Below are positions 22,361 through 34,512 of a stretch of DNA of 64,000 nt, piece by piece. The translations under genes and the position numbers were made by a program. Source of the stretch: Squalus acanthias (taxonomy: Eukaryota); the NCBI GenBank assembly GCA_030390025.1, contig CM059425.1, positions 167,712,001-167,776,000 of the forward strand, in the 5' to 3' direction. The notes beneath the pieces were generated by a model. The model ran no database searches and was not told where the DNA came from. It saw only the letters and a list, made by a program, of their open reading frames with translations. Numbering within the stretch: position 1 is the first letter of the stretch; each line of letters starts with the position of its first letter.

Positions 22361-22849
22361 GCTTTCTCCAGAGCCTCGCTACTCAAAAAGCCATCACCTG
22401 GAGCAGCTGGATCCAGAGTCCACTGAAGAGCAGCTGAAGCAGCCTGAGGCACCAGATGAGCCACTAGCGCAAGCATCGTTCGACAAACCATTACACATGA
22501 CCCTTTCTTCTAATGTTCCCATGGACTCTTCCTATTACCAGCCCTACCTGTATCTCCCCTGTCCCCTGCAATGATGAGGTGTCAGAAAGGAAGACATTGG
22601 ACAAGACTGTAGATATAAGTTTCAGCAGTGGAAGGTCTGAGGCACGAGCTGAGCCAGGCAATGTAGCAAAGGTGAAAATAAGGAGGCAGCCAACAATTTT
22701 CTTGTGCCAACTGTAGCTGGGCAGCAGGCAGGTGAAGCATACTCAAATTGCACTCCACCTGTAATGACCTGAACCCAATTTTTTCCAGGTTCAGGTCATT
22801 CTCCTACCCCAAGTGCTCCTGTCCAGGCCTGCCTCCGGCAGGGCCTTGT

Positions 22850-23330
22850 GTCAAGAAAAGTGGTTGGAAATACAGCCACTGCTGCAGGTCTGAGAGATCT
22901 AGAGCAGTTGGAATGGTCTTTGGTTTAAGTACCTTCTGGCTGTTGTCCACAAAGAGAAGCCAGACAGACTACAGGACTTCCTTTGGCATGCTGCCTGCCC
23001 CCTCACATCAAGTTCTTCTGGCCCCTCTCAAAATGGGCATCCCTCAGGGGCAAGAAAATGTGGACCGCGGAGCAAAGATTGGGAATGCCCTCTGCCACCT
23101 CATTTCCATTTCTGCCCTTTATCTGCACCTGTTATGGGCACAAGCACTCCACCCCCACTCACAGGACACCAAAGTTTTGCACCATCTGGTTCAGCCAAAG
23201 TGAGTGGGCAAGGGAAGGAGATGCAATTAATGGTGAGGATGCAGAGTTTATGATTGGGTTCAAAAAAAATGATAGCTTCGGTTTTCCTGATGTTTGGTTG
23301 CAGAAACGTTTGACTCATCCATGACTTGCA
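22850..23330 (-). mobile_element. L2-like LINE ORF2 fragment
   Basis: WMSQTFLQPNIRKTEAIIF..HKLCILTINCISFP, homologous to 7640-7925. Confidence 0.7.
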
Positions 23331-23540
23331 TATAAATGTGGTTTCTGCCAAATTTCTACTAAAGTTACGGCAGTGGAACAGGAGAAGCCTTGAGGAAATT
23401 CACCCGTCATAGAATTCTGCAGTTGGATGGAAGTACTTACCGGATATTGGCCAGCAGGGGGAGTCAGCAAGGAGAAAGTGGTCAGTTCGTTGAGGTCTGG
23501 AGTTGGACCCAGTAAAACCTCTAAACTTCTCTGATACGAT

Positions 23541-23760
23541 AGCAAAATACTGCGGATGCTGGAAAATTGAAACAACAACAGAAAACACTGGAAAAACTCA
23601 GCAAGCCAGGCAACATCCGTGGAGAGAGAAACAGAGTTAACGTTTCAGGTCGAAAACCCTTTGTCAGAACTGAGAAAAAAGCAGGAAATGAATCAGATAA
23701 AAAAGCAAGTGGGAGGCTGGGGGGAGGAATAAAAGAACAAAAGGGGTGGTCTATGGTAAA
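23541..23760 (-). mobile_element. Penelope-like element 3' terminal fragment
   Basis: Homologous to 37323-37520 and to the reverse complement of 38330-38540; hammerhead core mutated (CTGACAA). Confidence 0.75.
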
Positions 23761-23816
23761 TCTCCCCATGTATGTTAAAATGTGCATGTATATCCTGTTA
23801 GTATTTATAAAAATAT

Positions 23817-24562
23817 AGGGGGGTGGAGGTGCCACTTTGGGTGCAATCAGCAATCTGGGTGCAAATTGCAATTGAAATTGCACTGGTTTCCGAAGTGAAG
23901 TTATGGTTTAGGTTTCCGCTGAAACTCATTTGCATAATCATAAACATAAAACTTCTATGAACCAGCACAATTTTAGAACGTATCTTCTTTATTCTTTTTG
24001 CATTGCATTAAAAAATATTCCTTGATGTATTTAAGAGTGGTGACCTGGTGCAGTTTTATTAATACTACTGAATATCGCAAAAAATAAGCATTTTTAAATA
24101 AGCGTATCTAGTCCGCCACCTGTGAGTAACCTGATTTTAAATCACTTTAAAATTACTTAAAAAAAACTATACTGGACTACTTACTAGTTTCATTAGTGTA
24201 CACTAGTCAGTTTCTTAGTAAATTTAATATTTTTTGTATTTAAAAACTTTTAAAATGTGCCTATTAGTGCCTGTGCACCTAAAAAAAACTCTATTTGATG
24301 AGCCTTCTCGAACGGTCGTAAACAAGCGCAATTGGCGGAAATTCAGGATGGTGTTTAATTTGATCTGGGGGCCATGGCCAGTTTTGAGGGCGGGGCTGGC
24401 TTCCAGCACCATATTTTTTAAACTAGCGTTAAAGATCGCAGAAACTCGATTTATACTCAACATAACTTGCACTTAAAAATTCCGCGATCTTTTCGCTGGT
24501 TTGGCCAATTTCAGGTGAATTGCGCTGGTAAAATCAACGCAAACTAGCGGAAATTCTAGGCC
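23817..24562. mobile_element. Non-autonomous Harbinger-like element (left end approximate)
   Basis: Ends AAATTCTAGGCC, cf. GGCCTAGAAATT at 26848; CpG-rich subterminal region. Confidence 0.5.
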
Positions 24563-24581
24563 GTATATACATTGAACACAC

Positions 24582-24741
24582 ATTGAACTTCGGCGGGGAT
24601 GTATAACGGGCAATATCGGATTGGCCGCCTGTTACACACTCCGCCCGATTTCATTCACTTCAATGGAAAGGAAAATCAAGTGGCGTGTATAACGAGCGGC
24701 CAATCCTATAACGCCCTTTTTACGCCCCCACCAAAGTTGAT
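24582..24741. repeat. Imperfect palindromic MITE-like element
   Basis: Arms AACTTCGGCGGGG..GGATTGGCCGCCTGTTACACAC and GTGTATAACGAGCGGCCAATCC..CCCCACCAAAGTT are mutually complementary. Confidence 0.65.
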
Positions 24742-25049
24742 CATTTCGGTAATCATCTTTAAAACACATATGCCATTGTAACACCAAAATATTGTCCAAA
24801 GATTTAACAAGTAACTGACTGACTTTATTGAAGAAACAAGTTCAATACTGAAATGTATTCACCTATCTGCTGCTTTATCAACCCTTTACTGCATATTGAA
24901 AGTGAAAATGGCAGGTTTTCTGCTGCCAGAAACAAACACTCATCTATTAACAATGCCTGAGTAATACCCTTATAATGAAATAGTCAATCTTTTTCTGTCT
25001 GTTACCAAAACTTTACTGTATGAGTTTCACTGACAACAGCAGATTCCAC

Positions 25050-25140
25050 CCTACTATAGTTCAAAAAAGTGCTTCATTGGCTGTGAAGCTCCTTGGGACA
25101 TCCCAAGATCGTGAACGGCACTATATCATTTCAAGTTCAT
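25050..25140 (+). mobile_element. SINE 3' tail fragment (L2-like tail)
   Basis: Reverse-complement similarity to 37158-37230 and 38750-38830. Confidence 0.55.
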
Positions 25141-25608
25141 TTTTTCTTTCTCCACAGTTGTCTGTATGTTTCTTTTTATTCGTTGTTTTTAAACCTGGGC
25201 AGTGACAAAACAAGGTTTGCCCTCCCCCACTCCCATTAAAAGCATTACAATGAATGTCTCATATACTGCAGCCTCCTGTGGTTCCACAGAAGAATCCGTT
25301 CAGCAGGAAATTATGTGGGTCACATCACTCTGAAGGCAGAAAAACATCTTCATATCTTCCTTAAACTTTAACTGTGTTCCTAAATATTCGACTCCAGTCA
25401 CGTTTTATTTTTAAATCATTTATTCATTTTTTTAAGATTCCTTTTTTATTTTAGGTTTAGTGGTCATGCCGCTGTATACATTTAAATGAGAATAAGTTTA
25501 ACCATATATATATATTATATTTTCTGTATAAATTAAAATTAAGGCTCATCTGTCTTTCGCCCCAGTAGCTGGTGCCTGTTTGTCTGTACGCTGTAATTGT
25601 TTTTGTAA

Positions 25609-26521
25609 TTGTGGGAGTGTGTGCCGTGAGGAGGATGCCGAGAAACTCCAGTATGATTTGGACAGGTTGGGTGATTGGGCAGAAGCATGGCAGATGCAAT
25701 ATAATGTGGATAAATGCGAGGTTATCCACTTTGGTGTCAAAAACAGGAAGGCAGATTATTATTTGAATGGCAATAGATTGGGAGAAGGGGAAGTGCAACG
25801 AGACCTGGGTGTCCTTGTGCAGCAGTCGCTGCAGGTAAGCATGCAGGTGCAGCAGGCGGTCAAGAAGGCAAATGGTATGTTGGCCTTCGTAGCGAAAGGG
25901 TTCGAGTACAGAAACAAGGATGTCTTGCTGCAGTTGTACAGGGCCTTGGTGAGACCACATCTTGAGTATTGTGTGCAGTTTTGGTCGCCTTATCTGAGGA
26001 AGGATATTCTTGCCATGGAGGGAGTGCAGCGAAGATTCACCAGACTGATACCTGGGATGGCAGGAATGACGTATGAGGAGAGATTGGGTCGATTGGGCTT
26101 ATACTCGCTGGAGTTTAGAAGAATGAGAGGGGATCTCATTGAAACTTATAAAATTCTAACAGGACTAGACAGACTAGATGCAGGAAGGATGTTCCCGATG
26201 GCCGGGGAGTCCAGAACCAGGGGTCACAGTCTAAGGATAAGGGGTAAGCCATTTAGGACTGAGATGAGGAGGAATTTCTTCACCCAGAGAGTGGTGAACC
26301 TGTGGAATTCTCTACCACAGAAGGCAGTTGAGGCCAATTCATTAAATATATTCAAGAAGGAGTTAGATATATTTCTTAAAGCTAAAGGGATCAAGGGATA
26401 TGGGGAGAAGGCAGAGACAGGGTACTGAATTTGGATGATCAGCCATGATCTCATTGAATGGCGGAGCAGGCTCGAGGGGCTGAATGGCCTACTCCTGCTC
26501 CTATCTTCTATGTTTCTATGT
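25609..26521 (+). mobile_element. 5'-truncated young CR1 LINE (open ORF2 C-terminus to 26428)
   Basis: Closely similar to 15661-16570; CTATGTTT tail repeat. Confidence 0.95.
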
Positions 26522-26847
26522 TTTCTGTGCTTGATCTTCAGACTTGTTTGATAAGCAAACTGAGCAAGGAAGAAGTGTTTTGGAGGTGTGAGCAACACAT
26601 TCTGTGCACAATTCACTTTGAAACAGATATTATCAGAGAGTGCAAACAAGCCATTTTAAGACAGATCATTCTTATGTCGACATTGATTTTGCAGTGATCT
26701 TCAGGCAATCAATGACAAAAGATGGCATCTAAGGCCGTGGAGGGGGACTGCAGGAGACAGTGGACAATCTGGAAAAGGAACTCAATTCTGAAGATTCTTG
26801 CAGAAATGTACCGAAAGTTCACACGTCAGTGAAGGAGAAAACACTTT

Positions 26848-27890
26848 GGCCTAGAAATTGGGCCACTTACCACCACGATCCAGTGGAAAAATGGCGGCCG
26901 CCACTCTAGCGCCCTTCTCTGGCACAGAACTCGGCAGCTGCCATTTTGGCCGATAGCAGCGCTGGCCCTGGAAATCTAAATTAAGAGCGGGTGATGGCAC
27001 GCTGACTTAACGTTACCTCAGCGAATTTTGGCCTGAGCACTGAGTTCAGCGCTGGGTCCTAAGCTCGCCATGAAAACCCAGCATTCAGCAGACTGACAGA
27101 GATGCTGTCAGCACCTCTTAAAGGGACACACACAGGTAAGTTTGCATTTAACCTTTTGGACATTTTTTAAATTTTATTGAAGTAGTGGCTTGGTACAATA
27201 CATGTTAAAAGTTTTTTTTAACTGTGCAGGGAGTGCTTCTGGACATATGCAAGGCCTCAGATAGTAAAGGAAGGCCTCTGAGCAGACAGAAAATGCTGGA
27301 AATACTCAGCAGGTCAGGCAACATCCATGGAGAAAGAAACAGAGTTCACGTCTCAGGTCCAGATGCTGCCTGACCTGCTGAGTATTTCCAGAATTTTATG
27401 CTTTTATTTTAGATTTACAGCATCCGCTCACAGAGGGAAGAGGAAGAGGCAGAAGAGGAAGAGGCAGAAGAGGAGGAAGCAGAAGGAAGGATACAACCCA
27501 GACAGTCCATTTCTGGCCGGGATATACGGGATAGAATCATCCGCCTGCGGTATCAGTGACCATAACCCCAATTTTCCTTTCAACATTTGTCCTACACCTT
27601 ACCTTCCCTCTGTTACTGACCATCACAGCATCCTCTTGGCCACAATGCTGAAATAAAAGCAAACTTTCCAACTTTATACATCCATCGATCCAATATGACA
27701 TCAAGAAATCAACTCATCACCCTTATGCATTCCTTTAGTGACTGTTTTGTGTGTGCCTTTGCCTATCCTACTGATGTCATGCAGTGCTACCCCAGTGGCT
27801 GCAGCATGGCGGGTGCAAGGCTGCTGACTCTCAGTGGGGGACACTGCAGATAGCCTTGCGGGACAACCTTGAGGTGCTGGTGGCTGGGAG
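26848..27890 (+). mobile_element. Internally deleted Harbinger derivative
   Basis: Starts GGCCTAGAAATTGG; acidic transposase tail and intergenic region shared with 519-690 and similar to 56170-56640. Confidence 0.7.
27285..27427. mobile_element. Short Penelope-end inverted repeat
   Basis: CTGGAAATACTCAGCAGGTCAGGCA and TGCCTGACCTGCTGAGTATTTCCAG are exact reverse complements; same sequence as the ends of 37323-38544. Confidence 0.75.
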
Positions 27891-27984
27891 TGTGAAATCG
27901 AGTGATGGTGTTTCTTCTTCTTCTTCTTCACTCTCCTCTCCCTCTTCTTGGTGAACCACTGGCTGGGCAGGCTGCATTTCTTGG

Positions 27985-28409
27985 GTGTGTTACTGGACTA
28001 GTAATCCAGAGACCTGGATTAATGATCTGGAGATATGAATTCAAATCACACCATGGCAGCTGGGGAATTTAAATTCAGTTCATTAAATAAATCTGGAATT
28101 TAAAAAAAAGCTAGTGGATTGTTGTAAAAACCCATCTGGTTCACTAATGTCCTTTAGGGAAGGAAATCTGCCGTCCTTACCCAGTCTGGCCTATATGTGA
28201 CTCCAGACCCACAGCAATGTTGTTGACTCTTAACTGCCCTCTGAAATGGCCTAGCAAGCCACTCTGTTGTACCAAACCACTACAATAGAAATATACTGCA
28301 GCAGTTCAAGAAGGCAGCTCACCACCACCTTCTCAAGGGCAATTCAGGATGGGCAACAAATGCTGGCCTTTCCAGTGACGCCCACATCCTGTGAATGAAT
28401 TTAAAAAAT
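27985..28409 (+). mobile_element. SINE with tRNA-like head remnant and LINE-derived 3' tail
   Basis: B-box-like ATTCAAATC near 28040. The last ~110 bp (GTTCAAGAAGGCAGCTCACCACCACCTTCTCAA..) match the 3' ends of the LINEs at 32824 and 42497. Confidence 0.7.
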
Positions 28410-28544
28410 AGTGTATTTTTCTTGTGTTCTCATGAAGCGGTGGGATGTTAGTGTTGGGGAATGGAACTCTTCCCATTTCAGGCACCCAATGTCAGTATCA
28501 AGCAGTCTCATGTCAGGTAAAGCACAGCCAGATGCAGAGGTACT

Positions 28545-30135
28545 GGGGGTTAAATTGGGCGCGGGGATTGCGATGGACGATTAACCCGTGCTCATTCAGA
28601 GGATTGCAGACAGGACGCCAACTTCGCACTGCCTACTATTATAATTATTGCTGCGTGCAGCCAGCGCTAGCCGCTGTTCATTGACAGTATGCATCAACAG
28701 GGAGCCAATATGGTTACTTCCTAGCACAATTTAAAGCTAGCCAGCACTACTTAAAGCTAGCCTGCACCTCTTAAAGGGAAGGTGCATTGTGGTTGCTGTA
28801 GGTGCTGAGATCATTGGGAATACTGTGCTGTGCAACAATCAACAATGTCTGACCATGGGAGAGAGTGGGCACCAAGGTTTTCAGACGCTGCACTGGAGGT
28901 CTTGGTGGAAGAGGTGGAACAGAGGAGAGATGTCCTGTACCCTCAGGGGGGGCCCTCTAGACACATGCTCAGGAGGCAATGGGAGGAGATAGCGGAGGAG
29001 GTCAATGCCAGGAGTATAGCTCCAAGAAGATGGATGCAGTGCAGGAGGAAGTTTAATGATGTCACAAGAGTGGTCAAGGTCAGCGAATGCATCTTCAAAT
29101 GCCATATCCTACTAACTGCACCACTAGCCACAGCCTCTGCTCAATTCACCACATCCCTATCACTCACCTACCAACAATCTCTACCAATCAGGACTCATAC
29201 CTAACATTCATATATACTTCACCTCACCTGCACACACTGAGCACTGTTACAAGCCTCAAACCCACATCTCACAGCTTGCACACACTGCCAGCTATTCAAC
29301 CATAAAAGCCACATCACCCACACAGATTGCATGACACTCACTGACACACTTCCCTCTCTCTTGCAGGAGAAGGTGGCGCACAACCAGTGGCATCAGGAAC
29401 TAACCAGAGGTAGAGAGGTGTGCCTGCATGTTCTAACCCTCATGGAGGAGATGGTGCCTGCTATTATGGGAAGGGCCATTGCTGAGGCCATGGCCACGAG
29501 TAGGGATGAAGCCACTGAAGGTGAGGATACCCACATACCTAATCTTTCTTCTCTCATCCCACTTCTCCCTCATCCCACAATCTTTTCTGACAGAGAAGCT
29601 GCTGATAGTGTAAGCTTGCACTTCTTACTTTCTCCTCTCCCCTCACCACATACCTACCCTTGTCCCTTTTAACTTTCACATACCCAAGAACTGCAACCTG
29701 TCCAGGCAGTGGAGGAAGAGCAAGAAGACAGTGAAGACACACCTTTTACTCGATTTCACAGTCGCAGCCACAAGCTCAGAATCTGACATCGTGCATAATA
29801 TAGAGGATAGCGTAGAGTTGGGATCTGCACGTGGTGTGACACTGGGCACAAGTGCGCTGCAATTGGGGCAGGGGGAAAGGATAGCGCAGGTGCCAGCTCG
29901 CTGGATGGTGAGGTCGCACACTAATTCTGCTGCAGAGGACTCAGATAATGACTTAGATGGGCCAGCTGATGGGTGTACACACCCAAATTCTTGGTGCACT
30001 GGGCACCCTGCTGGAAAACCTGCCTTCAATGTTAAGGAGCATGGAGGAGTCCAGCACCAACTTGGCACAGGAATTTGCGTCGAAGTTGGAGCCCATCCTT
30101 TCCAAAATGAAACAGGTGGCCAACTCCATTAACAC
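28545..30135 (+). mobile_element. Harbinger half-element carrying the Myb-like gene
   Basis: Starts GGGGGTTAAATTGG (TIR-like); contains the three-exon Myb gene; transposase half absent. Confidence 0.75.
28845..30135 (+). pseudogene. Harbinger Myb/SANT-like gene (exon 1 28845-29078, exon 2 from 29367, exon 3 from ~29680), 3' decayed
   Basis: MSDHGREWAPRFSDAALEVLVEEV..QWEEIAEEVNARSIAPRRWMQCRRKFNDVTRVVK then GT; TTGCAG then EKVAHNQ; frameshifted exon 3. Confidence 0.85.
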
Positions 30136-30522
30136 ATGCTCAATAGCAAGAGGAAGGCCTACAGGTCCACCCATGTCTGGGAGCAACTGGTCTGTGCAGA
30201 AGCCTTTAAGTCACTTCAACACCTGCCAGACCAATCCCTGTGGACTACTGAAACTTTAACCAACTATAGACAGCACCCAAAACTCGTAGAATTACAGCAA
30301 CAGCCAGAAGAAATAAACCAGTGACTAACCTGTAATTAGCGCTGCTGGGGGGTCCTTCATGCTGCTTCCTGCGTGTTCAGCTGTGTGAGGTTAAGAAAGG
30401 TGTAGGCTGGAGTGTGAAGCTCCAAAATGGCAGCCCTGGCGTCAAATCAGCATTTTGGGTGCAGTGTTGGAGAGCCTCAGTCTTTGCCATAATCCAACAG
30501 GTACGAGGTTCTTGCTGCCTTT

Positions 30523-31115
30523 TTGGATGAGGGCAAAGTCTGCAGGGTGTATAAGCAAGCTGGCCACGACACTGTGGAACAGGAGGCCATTCAAGTGGGG
30601 GGAGTAAAAAGGAATGTTGTAGTGATAGGTGACAGTAGAGTCAGGGGACTAGATACTGTACTCCGTAGCTGCGACCGGGAGTTACGAAGCCTGTGTTGCC
30701 TGTCCAGGGTAAAGGATATCTCCTCGCAGCTGGAGAGCAACTTGGAGTGGGAGGGGGAGGATCCAGTTGTCGTGGTCCACATAGGAACCAATGATATAGC
30801 TAGAACTGGAATGAGGTTCTGCTGAGAGAGTTTGAGGAGCTAGGGTCGAAACTAAAACGCAGAACCTCAAAGGTAATAATCTCTGGATTGTTGCCTGAGC
30901 TTTGCACCAATTGTCATATGGACAAACAGATTAGAAGGTTAAATGCGTGGCTCAAAGAGTGGTGTGGGAGGCAGGGGTTTCGATTCATGAGACATTGGCA
31001 TCAGTACTGGGCCAAACGGGAACTGTTCCGTTGGGACGGGCTCCACTTAAACCGGGATGGGACCAGTATCCTGGTGAATCGACTAACTGGGGCTGTAGAT
31101 AGGGCTTTAAACTAA
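30523..31115 (+). pseudogene. CR1 ORF1 SGNH/GDSL esterase domain
   Basis: VVIGDS, VVHIGTND and DGLHLN blocks; frameshift near 30810. Confidence 0.85.
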
Positions 31116-32823
31116 TGAAGGGGGGTTGGGAGGATTCAGGAAAGGGTAAATTCAAAAGCAGTAAGAGAAATGTTTAGGCTGTAGAACAGTGTAGTGATTT
31201 GGGTAAAAATAAGCAGAGTGGGTCAGGAAAGGACAGGGAGCTTAACAAAGGTAATAGGGCATCACTGACTAAGGTGATATCAGGGAATAATAGAAAAAAG
31301 TTAAATCTAAAGGCACTATATCTGAATGTGCAAACCAATCGCAACAACATAGATGAATTAATAGCATTGATAGAAATAAATGTGTTTGATCAAATAGCCA
31401 TTAAGGAGACCTGGTTGCAGAATGACCAAGTTTGGGGACTAAATATTCCAGGATATTTGACCTTTAAAAGAGATAGGCAAAATGGAAAAGGAGGGGGTGG
31501 GGGTAGCCCTGATAATAAAGGATGGGATAAAGACAGTAGAGAGAAAAGATCTTAGCTCGGAAAATAAAGACGTAGAATCAGTTTGGGTGGAGCCAAGAAA
31601 CAACAAGGGGCAGAAAACATTGGTGGGAGTAGTTTCTATGCCCCCAAACAGAAGTTGTAGTGTCAGGAAGAGTATAAATCAGGAAATTAGTGGTGCATGT
31701 AACAAGGGTAATATAGTAATCATGGGGGACTTTAACTTTCATATCGACCGGGCAAACCAAATTTGCAGTAATAGTGTGGAGGACAAGTTCATGGAATGCA
31801 TTCAAGGTAGTTTTCTAGATCAGTATGTCGAGCAATCAACTAGTGAGCAGGCTATTTTAGATCTAGTACTGTGCAATGAGACAGGGTTAATTAATAACCT
31901 TGTAATAAAAGAGCCTCTTGGGAAGAGTAATCATAATATAGAATTTTATACTGCGTTTGAGAGTGATTTAGTTATGTCCGAAACTAGGGTCTTAAATCTG
32001 AACAAAGCAAACTACATAGGTGTGCGGGACAAGTTGGCTAAGATAGATTGGGAAACTAGATTAAAAGATATGACAGTACATAAGTCCTGGCAAACATTGA
32101 AAGAGACATTAGTATTAGCAAAGAAATAGTACTGGAGAAATGAATGGGACTAAAAGCCAACAAATCCCATGCATCCTAGGGTTTGAAAGAGGTGGCTACA
32201 GAGATAGTGGATGCATTGGTTTTGATCTTCCAGAATTCCCTAGATTCAAGAACAGTCCCTGTGGATTGGAAAGTAGCAAATGTAACTCAGCTGTTCAAGA
32301 AAGGAGAGAGAAAACAGGGAACTGTAGATCAGTTAGCCTATCATCAATAGTAGGGAAAATACTAGAATCCACTATTGGGGACGTGGTAACAGAGCACTTA
32401 GAATATCATAATATGATTGGACAGAGTCAACATGGATTTACGAAAGGGGAATCGTGTTTGAGAAATCTGTTGGAGTTTTATGAGGTTGTAACTAGCAGGG
32501 GAGATAAGGGGAAACCGATGGATGTAATATATTTGGGTTTTCAAAAAGCATTCGATAAGGTGCCATACAACAGGTCATTGCACAAAATTAGAGGTCATGG
32601 GATTGGAGTTATATATTAGCATGGATTGAGGATTGGTTAATGGACAGAAAACAAAGAGTAGGAATAAAAGGGTCATTTTCATGATGGCAGGCTGTAACTA
32701 GGTGGGTACCGCAAGGATCAGTGCTTGGGTCTCAGCTATTTACAATCTATATCAATGACTTAGATGAGGTGAGCAAATATAATGTATCCACGTTTGCTGA
32801 GGATACAAAGCTAGGTGGGAAAG

Positions 32824-34512
32824 TTTTTTTTAAATTTGTTCATTGGATGTGGGCATCGCTGGCAAGGTCAGCATTTATTGCCCATCTGAATTGCCTTTGA
32901 GAAGGTGGTGGTGAGCTGCCTTCTTGAACCACTGCAATCTGTGAAGTGAAGGTACTCCCACAGTGCTGTTAGGAAGGGAGTTCCAGGATTTTGACCCAGC
33001 GATGATGAAACAACGGCAATATATTTCCAAGACAGGTGGGGAACTTGGAGGTGGCGGTGTTCCCATGCGCCTGCTGCCCTTGTCCTTCTAGGTGGTAGGG
33101 ATCACGAATTTGGGAGGCGCTGTCGAAGAACCCTTGGCGAGTTGCTGCAGTGCATCTTGTAGATGGTACACACTGCAGCCATGGTGTGCCGGTGGTGAAG
33201 GGAGTGAATTTTTAAGGTGGTGGATGGGTAGCCAATCATGCGGGCTGCTTTGTCCTGGATGGTGTCGAGCTTCTTGAGTGGTGTTGGAGCTGCACTCATC
33301 CAGGCAAGTGGAGAGTATTCCATCACAATCCTGACTTGTGCCTTGTAGATGGTGGAAAGGCTTTGGGGAGTTAGGAGGTGAGACACTCACTGCAGAATAG
33401 TATTTAAGTTTCTGGTCAATGGTGACCCCCAGGATGTTGATGGTGGGAGATTCAGCGATGATAATGCCATTGAATAGCAAGGGGCAGTGATTAGACTCTC
33501 TATTGTTGGAGATAGTCATTGCCTAGCACTTGTGTGGCGCGAATGTTACTTGCCACTTATCAGTCCAAGCCTGAATGTCATCCAGGTCTTGCTGCATGCG
33601 GGCATGGACTGCTTCATTATCTGAGGAGTTGCGAATGGAACTGAACACTGTGCAATCATCAGCGAACATCCCCACTTCTGACCCTATGATGGAGGGATGG
33701 TCATTGATGAAGCAGCTGAAGATGTTTGGGCCTAGGACATTGCCTTGAGAAACTCCTGCAGCGATGTCCTGGGGCTGAGATGATTAGCCTCCAACAACCA
33801 CAACCATCTTCCTTTGTGCTGTGTATGACTCCAGCCAATGGAGCGTTTTCCCCCTGATTCCCATTGACTTCAATTTTACTAGGGCTCCTTGATGCCACAC
33901 TCGGGCAAATGCTGCCTTGATGTCAAGGGCAGTCACTCTCACCTCACCTCTAAATTCAGCTCTTTTGTCCATGCTTGGATGAAGGCTGTAATAAGGTCTG
34001 GAGCCAAGTGGTCCTGGCGTAACCCAAATTGAGCATCCGTGAGCAGGTTATTGGTGAGTAAATGCCGCTTGATAGCACTGTCGACAACACCTTCCATCAC
34101 TTTGCTGCTGATTGAGAGTAGACTGATGGGGTGGTAATTATCCAGATTGGATTTGTCCTGCTTTTTGTGGACAGGACATACCTGGGCAGTTTTCCACATT
34201 GTCGGCTAGATGCCAGTGTTGTAGTTGTACTGGAACAGCTTGGCTAGAGACTCGGCTAGTTCTGCAGCACAAGCCTTCAGCACGACAGCCGGAATGTTGT
34301 CGGGGCCCATAGCCTTTGCTGTATCCAGTGCGTTCAGCCATTTCTTGACATCACATGGAGTGAATCAAATTGGCTGAAGACTGCCTTCTGTGATGGTAAG
34401 GACCTCAGGAGGAGGTCGAGATGGATCATCCATTCGGCACTTCTGGCTGAAGATGGTTGCGAATGCTTCAGCCTTGGCTTTTGCCATTCATGACTGGATT
34501 TGGCAGGACTGC
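32824..34512 (-). mobile_element. Second non-LTR retrotransposon family, 5'-truncated RT and 3' tail, nested in CR1
   Basis: WKTAQVCPVHKK..NYHPISLLS, QFGLRQ, ALDIKAAF.RVWH and YKAQVR..MEY motifs; A-rich tail at 32824; splits the CR1 LGGK/SCEED segment. Confidence 0.88.
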
